Positions 13,301-25,300 of a DNA stretch of 64,000 bases are shown one piece after another. Both the position numbers and the translations under genes were made by a program. The first letter of the stretch is position 1; each line of letters opens with the position of its first letter. This stretch comes from Perna viridis (taxonomy: Eukaryota): assembly GCA_037379345.1 (NCBI GenBank), contig CM074511.1:25775171-25839170 (forward strand), given 5' to 3'. Below the pieces are notes generated by a model that was given only the letters and a program-made list of their open reading frames with translations, had not been told where the DNA came from and searched no databases.

Positions 13301-16300
13301 TATTCAGAAACTTTGAAAAGGAGGGATGACATCTGGGGTTCCTCAGAAAAAGAAGGGTGCTAAGACATTATTTGCCATTTTTTGCCAATTTTACACATGA
13401 AAATGACAAATTTTCAAATAAAAATGGGGTGCATCCCTCCTCGGGATCTGCTATTGGGCATGTGTCTGTTAATTGTGGCCGTTTTGTAGGACCAATTTAT
13501 ACCTTTCTAGTAAGCACATTTTGTTTAGTTCCAAATTTTTCTATGAATAGTGATTTTTCAATTGCGTTTTAGCGTTTAGTGGGTAATTTTGAAAAATTAG
13601 GCAATTTTAAGGTGAAAGGTAAATGAAAAATTTTAGCGTTTCTTATTCTGGCGGATGCATAGTGGTATACTAGGTAACTAAGCTCAGAGTATGCAAATAT
13701 TGGCGCCCAGTGAAAATTACTCCCTATACAGTATTTGTAGACAAGCCTGTCAAAACTAAACCTGGAATGAACAATTATCTGTCTAAAACATACAACTACT
13801 GAAGTCCCTTCATATCAAATTCGATGCATTTTGAACTTGTGTAACCTGAACACCTGCCTAAGCTAAACAAATCTTTCAGTACAGAAAGGGTTTTATTTCA
13901 ACAGGTTTGACTGTTCAGACAACACACCTTAAATTACATACCACAATAGGAACAGAGGGACACTTCATGGCAGGTGAAAGAGTAGCTGATGCTGATATTA
14001 TGGTGTTTGCATATGAGGAAGAGACAACCCATCTCACTATGGCAGTTCCTGACTCAGACCTACAAAATATAGAAAATGATTTATCATAATGATCTATAGA
14101 CATACTTATCTTTCTTGTACCTATTGAAACACACACACAAAAAAAACATAAATAATTGTTCAAAGGGAACGCTTCACACTGCCATTTATTTTCTCATGGC
14201 AAACTCGTAATTTCTCTTATCATCAAATCGAGAGTTTGTTTACAAAACAGTAAAATCCATATTTGAAAAAAGAAAAAAAAAAACATCTGTGAATGTGCAA
14301 TTTATACCATGAATAATAAGATAATTAATTGGAAAGAGTGAATAACCAAAATATAATCACGAATGCCGAAGAATGCCTAGATTTAACGAGTGTGCAGAAC
14401 AAGTTCCGTGCAAGAGTTAATTGTTAATGTGTTCTTGGCACGAGATCATATTTTGGTAATTCATGATAACCAATTGATTATCCTATTTAATATATAGATT
14501 TCCTCCATTATTTATTGTTATTTTCAACACAAATTTAAAATTTTGTGAACGACGGATTGATATTCGTGTTGTGACGTTTTGGCAGGAGAAAGCACGAGAG
14601 TGAAATTATAGAATTTATTTCACAGTGTGAATTATAAAAAAAATTACACTGGAAACAATCTGTAAATCACTGCTATCTATATAATGAATTTACTTATCTA
14701 ATTCAATTTAATGTATAAACGAATGTTGCATTAGAATAAGTAATATTCAATGCAGGTTTCAGTTTATTTATTGGTTACAAATGTATTCTTACATGAAAAA
14801 AATTATTTAAAATAAGTTATGACATTGTCAATGTACTTTTGAAGTCCACTGAAATAAACATAATGACTCAGCAAAAACAGAGTAAATCTTGACTACTTAC
14901 TTGGCTGAGAGAGCATATCCTGTCCATCCTGAAGTGAACTTGGTGGGAGGGTATACTGAAGAACTAGACTGTGACACATAGTTCTCATAGGATGATGTAA
15001 GGTAAACATTGTGATCATTGGTGTTGTTGTACCCAAACCAAGCAGTATAGTTTCCATCAGATTCCTCAGTATAGCAGCGGAAAACTGGTTTAATGGGCTC
15101 TGTTTCACCAGTTCCGTCATTCTTGTCAGCATATTCACCTTGTCCGTTAGTACAGGGGATGGTACAATGTCCAGGTCCAACAAAGTCTACAATCAAATGA
15201 TTTATTTTTTATCACCTAAGAAAATAAACATAAATTAACTAAAAAAAAAAAACTGAAAATGTCACAGCAAAGATTTCTGCAGGTAGTGGTCAAGTTTGAA
15301 CTAATTCAACCTCAATGAACAAATGATCTTTTTCATTAATTTTCTCCTTAGCAATGTCAAGCATATCATAATAAAACATCTACTTATGGATCAATAAACA
15401 ATGACAACATTTTGGAGATTGTATATTTCTCATTACAGATTTCAATAGTGAAAGAAAATGGTGTTGACAAAAAAAGCAGGATTTTATTAAAAGAAAACAA
15501 TGTTGAAAAAAAGGGTTTTATTACTACATTGGCAAATGTAAAAACTTACCTGGTGTACAGACAGTACAAGAAGGAAGATCCCACCCTGACACACACTCAT
15601 CGCAGGCACTACCAGTCCAGTGTCCATTTATATCATCATCATGGCACTGACATACATCTCCACCTGTAATCAAAGTTAATTTGGTCATTCAAAAATTTCA
15701 CTAACATATATATTTTTTTTAAATTTTGTATTCATTTGGAAAGATTCAATGCCTTCTTCTACCTATATTTACATCAAAACTGTCTATAATTTTAATATGG
15801 TGTAAGTTTACTTATAAATAATATTGAAATGACAATAAGTAACTTTTCATTGTTTCCAAGACCATATAGAAAACTGATTATCATACCTAATTCTGTTGGA
15901 TCTCCATGTATACAAAGCACACTACAAGTAGTATTATATCCAATGTAACCTGTTTCACATCTTTCACAACTAGTTCCCTCAAAGTGTGGTAGACAGTTAT
16001 CACAGGCCATTCCACCAAATCCATGATCACAAAGACAGGCTGGGGCACTAGCTCCAGTGGCAAGGAGACACTGGCCATTTCCACTACATTTTGGAGTACC
16101 CGGGCAAATGAAATCTGAGCAGTCGTCACCATCAAATCCTCCATTACATACACATACTGAAGCATTGCCCTTCCTTACACACAGCCCATACGTACTACAG
16201 TCTGGTTCTCCTGCAAAAAAAAAATATGATTAACAGTGACTTTTCTTTGGTGGACAAGTTAACTAAGTTCGATAATGTTATTTGTAGGTGCACTAAAATT

Positions 16301-19300
16301 GCTAACCAATTCACATCAAAACCTTAATTCTTACCAAATGAATTTCTGACAGAAGCACAATTGCAGACAACTAAATATTATTGTGAGACTTCCCACTTCA
16401 GAATGTGTTACTTAAACAACTTTCTAGCAAAGTTAATATGTTAATCAATTAAAACTCTAATATGTATTCCTATAGAACAATAATATAATTAAAATATAAA
16501 CAACACTCAGATCACATTCATATTTTTTTGAAATCATTAAATCCTACCTGGACAGTCTAGAAGTTCACAGTTATCTCCCTTGAAGCCTGGTTCACAGATA
16601 CATGTCTCATTTGTACATTGTCCTTGGTTGGAACACAGAGTTTGACAGCCAGAATCGGAGTAACATGGATCACACAGGCAGTTGGAGGAGAAAGGAGGAT
16701 ACTCTATACCATGGACACAGTCATAGTTACATGAGGGTCCCATAGAGTCAGTACAGTTAACACATGTGGGGTTACCATTCAGTAAGATACATTCTCCTGA
16801 AAAAAGTTAAAAAATGGCTGAGAATGGCTTATTATTTTACTAGATTAAAAAGTACACTACTACGCATAAACTAAATGATTCTTTAAAAAAATTAAGTGCA
16901 GTTCACAATGTTGTGGGTGGGAATCAATTTTCATGTTATATAAGTATTAAAATATAGAGGTCACACAGTATGCTATATGATGCTTTCATTCGAGTATCTT
17001 AAGGAAGATTTGGTTTCAAATTTTATTCATAGTTCATTAAACTGACCCAAAAACAAAACAAAAATTTTTACCAAAGAACTATAGTGCCTTTTTAGTGTTC
17101 ATTTCTAGCATATTTTTCTCTCTTTTTAAAGCATTGAAAACTAATTCTATCATGTTTACATTTTATCATTATAGGATTAAACAGCTATTTTGGGTTGTTC
17201 ATGCATGTATGAATGGATCTCAGAGTTTCCAATCTCAATGAACAGCCGAAGGCAGTTCATGTCATGTTTGGGAGTGGAGAGATCCATTCATACATGCATG
17301 AACAACCAAAAATAGATGTTTAATCCTTATAATTCTATCCCAACATTTGGGATTTTTTTTTTTGGAAATGTGTTAAATCAGTAAATGTACTTATTAAATC
17401 TAGTTCAGGGACATTAATTTTAAGGTGAATTTACTGGTACAAGCAGTTAGATTTTAAGTTTCTTTCCCGAAGCTAAAAATTACTCTCTGTAAACAAACTT
17501 GACTGGTAAAATCAATGTGGATGTAATAAACTATTCTTACAGCTATGTTATGCTGTGTATATAGTTCATTGCAAAACTCTTTCGAACTACATGGCCGCCA
17601 TATTGGTTTCACGTTGAAAGGCGTTCATGCATCTATGAATGATCTGGCCAAGTTCATGCAAGTATGAACTTTCTGGCAAAGACATTCTCGACCCATCAAA
17701 AATGTCTATAAGCATGATGAATCTCATGATTAGAATTAATTTAAATCGGAGCTAAATGTTGAATGTACAAATCCCTCAGTTCATTTATTTCCCTTTTGAG
17801 ACTTCAAACAGTAATCATATGCACATCTACATACTGGTATGATGCACAACCTTCCTATGACAAATTCATTCATTTTAAAATAATTTGACCAATGAACAAA
17901 AGATAATTGTAGTAAAGGGCCCCTCTTACAAGTCATGGTATAATTGACAGTTATCTGCTGAATTAGTATATTTTTACCTTTGTTACTACAGTCAGGTTCT
18001 CCAGGACAGTCCGGTAGTTCACATCCATCACCCTGCCAGCCATAGAAACAGTCACATTTCTGATCAGCAAGAATGCAGGTTCCCTGTCCACTACAACTTC
18101 CTTTCTCTGGATGGTCTGGGTCACCAGGACAACCTCTCTCACTACAATCATCTCCTGAAACAATGAAAGAAAATTAAAAAATCAAAATATTGACTTCAGT
18201 CACTGTGTAAAAATCATGATCTTTTCCTAATCTGACTATACTTGCGAAAAAAAAAAATAAAAGGTAACATTATGTGCAGGTTGTAATTTTTCGTGATTTA
18301 ATTTTGGCAATATTTGCATTAAATCATCCATTTTTAGAACTTAATCATAACATTTTGTATTCACAAAAAAACAAACAAAAAAAACCAAAAAACAAACAAA
18401 AAACAAAACAAAACACTAAAACCTCTCATTTTGCTTATACTGTACCATCCTAATGCTGCAATGGATTGTTTCAGTTAGTTCAATCATGAATTATTTAAGG
18501 GTTTGTAAATACTCTGAAAGACCCATATTTTGCTGGCCATGTAATGTGATTTTTATTGCTGTTCTCTCGAACCACAAAATAAAAAAAGACTAAAACAAAT
18601 CTTTATCACATTTCTACATTCAATGACTTTGACAAATTTAATGAAGATGACTTACCCCACCATGCTACATCACAAACACATGTATTGTTATCACAACTTC
18701 CATGTCCACCACACAGAGAGTCACATCCAGTTCCTGAATAACATGAATCACACTGACAGGTAAAGTCTGGCTGTGGAGTACCAAACACACAAGGGAGTTC
18801 ACAGGAATACCCCGTCCAGTTACCATTACATTCACATGTTGGGTAGACTGTGGCAGCACTGCAGTTTCCCCGATTGTTACAGTCTGGATCACCAGGACAG
18901 TCAGGAATGCTACAGTCATCACCAAACCATCCTGGGTTGCAGAAACATTCTTTGGTCACAACATTACAAGATCCATGTCCAGTACAAAGGGATCCAACTC
19001 CAAGGCATAGATGGTCTTCACATCTATCTCCCCAGTGACCTGGTTCACAAATACATGTGTTGTTGTCACATGTGCCAAAGCCACTACAGATGATATCACA
19101 GGAGTCACCTGAAGCACATGTGCTGTCACAGACACAGATTCCACTATCCATAGGCTCCTGGATGCCATTACAAACTTCATTACAGGATTCTCCCATCCAA
19201 CCCTTCTCACAGCTGGTACATCTTGGTCTTGCTAGCGATACATTGCAGTATCCCCTGAAGTTACAATTATCAAGACAGTCAGATTGCTCACATCCATCAC

Positions 19301-22300
19301 CCTTCCAACCTTCATAGCAGATACATTTACCCTGAGCACACTGACCATTGCCACTGCAATCAGTTCCATACCCAGGACATCCAGGTTGTTCACAGTAGTC
19401 ACCCCGACCTCCATTGAATCCACAGTCACAGACATCACTAGTACAGTTGCCAGTTCCAGAACATTCTAGTTGACAAGTGTAGTCATTGTAGCAAGCATCA
19501 CATTCACAAGTTCCATTGTTTACTGAGCCATGTTCACAGAAATACTGACACATATAGCCAAAATATGAAGAGTGACACCTACAAGTTGGTTCATCATCCT
19601 CCACCAGACAACTTCCATGACCATTACAGTCTGATGGACATTTAGGAACATGACAACCATTTCCTTCCCATCCTTCTTGACAGATGCACTGTCCTTTGGC
19701 AGCAATACAACTACCATGACCTGAACAATCTTCATTGTAACCAGGGCAACCACTTTTCTCACACCAGTCACCACGGTAACCATTGAAACCACAGTCACAA
19801 GTGTTGTTTTGGCAAGTACCATGACTGTTGCAGAGGGCATCACATTCTACACCACTGTAGCAAGGGTCACACATACAGTTCCAGTTACCATCAAGACTTC
19901 TCATGCCAATGCCATGAATACATCTGTATTCACAGGAATCACCAATGTAGGGGTACTGACAATCCACACATCTGGGATTTCCTCCTTCAGGTCCAATAGC
20001 ACATGTAGCATTGACACCATTGCAGTCTGGAGTTCCAGGGCAGTCAGGGATGTCACATGCTATACCTGTCCAGTAGAGGTCACACTCACAAGTTTCTGTT
20101 GCAAGATTACAAGTTCCATGACCAGCACACCTCTCTGGCCATCCTGGACAGCTGGGTTCATCACATCTCTCGCCCTCATATGTTCCATAATAGTTACAAT
20201 CACACTTCCCATCAGCATTACATAATCCATGACCATTACATTCAAGATGACAGCTTATTCCTGTGAAGCATGGAGGATCACAGATACAGAATCCATCAAC
20301 ATTAGTGCCATTCATACAGGCAATCTGACAATATTCTCCTGACCAGTCATCATTACAGTCACATTTGCCACCATCAGTACAATTACCATGGTCAGGGCCT
20401 GGAAAAATGTTAAACAATAAATCTCTGAGTAATGGCTAAGCGTTAAAAACAGTACATCCCTGTCCCTTTTTCCTTTGATGCAGGGGTATAAAAAGTATGA
20501 TAGAAAAAAGGACAGATATGGTGAAATGCAGCAAATACACATGCATATAACCTAAGTACAAAATAGTAAATACTTTCTGAGATCACCAAAAGGCCTTCAA
20601 CAAGTATAAACACACCTTTAAGTAAGCCCTGAAGGACACTGAGAACAAAATAAATAAAATCCATGGTGACAGAACAATGACAAATTCTTCAAAATCAGAA
20701 GTACATGACACTTTTTCCTTTTTATAGTTGATTTACATGGAACTAAAATTCTCATTTGTGTTGTAAATTTCTTGAACCAGTTTATATAGTAAACTCTGAA
20801 CTGATTTCATGCAGGTTAAATCTGATAACTGTTGAGGTCTATATCTTATTGTTCATGTAACAATAAACAGGTTTTAGGTTTCTTTTTAATTTATTTTCAC
20901 ATTGAGATAATTGAATCATTTGTGAGCAGCCTTTTCCAAAGCAAGACTGATGATATATTTGAACCACAGGCTTACTGTCATATAACAATAAGTAGTTTAA
21001 AAAATTCTAGTTAGGTTACAAATTACATAAGTATGAACTTATGACAACATATACTGCTGGAAAATGGCTAAGTTTAAAAATCAAAATTAAATGTTAGTGA
21101 GATTTGTCCATAATAAGAAGGGCACATCTTCAATTTAATTATACAAGAATTGTGCAAAGTTTAAATAATATTGGTTTAATACTTCTTGAGTAAAAGACAA
21201 CACTAAGTAGGTACCCCCGCTTTCAATCATGATATAAAGAAAATAAACAAAGTCCTGGGTAAACAGGAATTTGTCAAATTTTTCCCAAAATGAATCCCAC
21301 CATATGGCATACCTACAGGGAGAATGTGTTGAAATTTCAAGCTGCTGTGATGAGTAGTTACTGGAAAAATTGTGACAAAAAAAAATGTTACCCATGGAAA
21401 GAGACAATGGTAAAACAGCATACCACCTCTCCTTTGGAGCAGGTATATTAAAAGGAGTTTTCCTCTCTTATTCATACACTAAACAACAGTAACACAGCCA
21501 ACTGAACATTTGCCATCAGCATATTTCATATCCAAACTCAACTCAACTCACCACTACATTCAGGAGTACCAGGACAACTTGGGGTTCCACAATCATCTCC
21601 TTTCCATCCAGGTTCACAAGTACACAATCCCAGGGCAGAGTTACAGCTACCATGTCCATTACATGCCCCATCTTCTCCAGGACATCCTGATTCTTGACAT
21701 TTATCTCCCACCCAGCTGTTTCCTGTAAATAGAAAGAGAAAATATTGGCTATGTTACAACCTGGAGAGAAGTGTTCATTTCACTTGTCTGAAGTGGGCCA
21801 ATTTCAGGTAATTAACATCTTTTGTAAGAATTGATCATTCGAAGAAACAAGATAAGAATAAAACCTTTTACTTATTTTTTTCACTTTCTGCTCTCTAAGT
21901 AATAAAAAATTAAAAAAAAAAGATAAAATTTGCCTATTGGTAAATAATCAATGCAGGGGGAATAACTCTGTCCAAAACACATTTTTCTAATAGTCTATCT
22001 TAAAGTTGTCCTGACTTTATGTAAATTTCAAACAGTGGTCTGTTTAAACTGGGAGGACTGCACTGAGTTGAAAAAAAATAATATATACAAGTGCACTCTA
22101 TATGTAAAAATATTATTTTTATTAAAATTTTACTACATTTAATAACAATTTTACTTTAATACTCACCAGGCTCTGTGGTGAAGCAGTCACAAGTTTCGTT
22201 GACACAAAGTCCATGGTCAGAACACTCCAGTTCACATCCTGCTCCAGTGAAACATGGATTACAGTGACAGAAATCATTGGCAGAGTTTACGTAACCATGG

Positions 22301-25300
22301 ACACAAGGCTTGCTACAATCCTCGCTGTACCATCCCTATCATTAATAAAATTTTAAATGCAATTCTTGAGAACAAATATGTCGGCAAAGGGGTATAAGTG
22401 AAAAAACCAGTAAAGAGGTTCCAAGTCAACCACCAGATGATGCTACAAAATGCAATTCTTGAGAACAGATATAATGACAAAGGGGTATTAGTGAAAAAAA
22501 CCAGTTAAGAGGTTCCAAGTCAACCATCATATGATGCCATATTAAGCCAATATCCAACATGTTACACTAATGTATTACAAGTATTTTTAATATTCTTGCT
22601 TATCATCATTTTAAGGGGAATCAAAGATGATTAATAGGATAATTTATTGGAAAAAGTGAATAACTAAAATATTAACATGAGTGACAAAGAATGCCTAGAT
22701 TTAACAAGTGTGCAGAACTTGTTTCGTGCACAAGTTCAATCCTCAAGCATTCTTGGCAAGAGTGATAATATTTCAGTTATTCACGACAACCAATTGATTA
22801 TCCTATTTATTAAATATATTTTCTTCATAATTTATTGATATTTTCAATATGAATTTTACATTCTACCATTGGCCTATTGATATCAAAGTTGTGACATTTT
22901 TTCGGGAGAAAGTGCGAGAGTGAAATTACTGAATTTATTTCACACTGTGAATTATTGAAATTTATTATACAGATAGGAGTGTTTAATCAAATGTTCCCAG
23001 TGAAAAAATTTCGCTAATTCACACTGTGAAATAAATTCGGTAATTTCACTCTCAGACTTCCTCTTGCCAAAACTTTGAAATCAATCCACCGTTCACAAAA
23101 TTTGAAATTTATGTTGAAAACAGCAACAAATAATCGGGAAATCTAAAAAATAAATAAGAAAATCAAGAACAAGTTCCACACACTCGTTAAATCTATGTGT
23201 TCTTCGGCATTCATGATCATATTATAGTTATTCACTCATGCCAAGAATGCAGTAAGATCTAACTTGTGCGCGGAACAAGTTCTGCACACTTGTTAAATCT
23301 ATGCAATCTTCGGCACTCGTGATCATATTTTGGTTATTCACTCCTTCCAATTAATTATCTTATTATTATTACACTAGGAACATTCCGTAAAACACTGCTA
23401 TCTATATAGTGATATTTTAGATAGGATTGTTTAAGTGATCATTTTCAGCTTCTACACTTGTTACTTCAAGCTCTATTCTTCACTTGGTTTTTCTTCTTGA
23501 TTTTATTGTTCCCATCTGTCCAAAAATGACTAAAATCTAGTCAAATTATATTATATGTTGTTCATTATTGTGTTTAGTACCAAGTAATTTTCCAATAAAG
23601 TGGATACTGTTTATTAACTTCTATTATTAAACCCTATTAATTATCAATGCCTTCCCCATCTAGCAATTGATGCATACTTACAGGTTTACAGTCACATACT
23701 GGTATGTCTCTCCCTGTACCATTACAGATACCATTACCCACACATCCACCAGGGCAGTCTGGTATGTCACAGGCATCTCCTGTCCAACCTGCAAAAACAC
23801 ATCAAATCAAATTTGTGGTTTATCAAGCCTTTGAAAACCACGAAAAAATTATATCCCACCAACAATGACACTTTCACACTATGTGTTTTAGAATGTGATG
23901 AATATTTCACTTAAATTAGATATTTTCAGTAGCTTAGTACAATCTTACCTGGTATACATGTACATTGTTGTAGAGCAGTATTGCAGGTTCCATGTTGAGA
24001 GCAATCCTCTGTATCTCCTGGGCAACTCTGGACCTCACATTTAGATCCTCGCCAGGCTACATCACAAACACATGCATCATTAACACACTTCCCATGTCCA
24101 TTACACTGTGCATTACAGCCAAGACCATTGTAACATGGGTGACATTGGCACTGTCCACTGTTAGGAGGTACCTGTGTACCATTCACACAAAGGTCATCAC
24201 AAGCAGGTCCCATCCATCCAGGGATACAGTCCAGACAGATTGGGGGATCATGGGTAGAATTACAGGTTCCCCTGTTGTTGCAGTTCGGTTCACCAGGACA
24301 GTCAGGGATTTCACATCCTGAACCAGTCCATCCAGGGAAGCAGTCACAGTTGTGAGTGACAGAGTTACAGATTCCATGTTTGCTGCAGCTTTCCCCGATA
24401 CCAGGACAACCAGGAGTGTCACATAGGTCTCCCCACCAGTTGACGTCACATTTACATTTCCCTCCAACAATTTTACCATGGTCAGAACATTCCGAGTCAC
24501 AGTTGATTCCAGCCCAGCCAGGATGACATGTACAGTTGTTGACACCTGGGATGGTATCGCCATTAACACATGGTTCTTCACAGGCATGTCCATACCAGTC
24601 AGAATTACACCTTTAAAAATATAGTGTATGTATTAAATAAAGCTTGGTTTATAGACACTCATCAGCAATATAAGAAGAAAAAATAGATAGGTCAGTATGC
24701 TTGTTTTTGAGATATAAGCATTTAAAATAGATTTCTCTATGTTTTTAGTACTGATTTTGTCTTAGTAGGTTTGATCTATTAAAAACACTGAAGAACAAGG
24801 ATTTCATAAAAACTTCCCAAATAACATTTCAAGGGATGTTTAATAAAATTATGAAAAGAAAAGTGGGGGTTGCTAGGCAAAAAATATTAATGCTATACAA
24901 TGGATAAAACCAGAGGAGTCCAAAAATGACCAGCAAAAATCCTTAATATCAATATACATTTCTACAATGAATAATCACACACTTGTTCTACAAACTGTTC
25001 ATATGACCAAATGATTAACGTAATTCATTTTTGAATTGAATAAAATGGAGCAGAATTTCAAAGACTAAAGCCACAATTTCAAACATGCAGTAATTTTAAT
25101 TTTACATTTAATTTTGCAATAAACTTACACTGCTGTTTACAACTTAAATAAAATAATTTTCTTCAAAATACTTCAAAGAGTGATCATTAAAAATATTACC
25201 TGCAGACAGGTGGGTCTTCACCATCATCACACATACCATGATCATTACAGTCTGGGGTTCCAGCACAATCAGGATACTCACATCCAATCCCGGTCCACCC

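Noticed and set aside
15205-15225. Alternative acceptor TTCTTAG upstream of exon 36
   Set aside because: It reads into an in-frame TAA within four codons.
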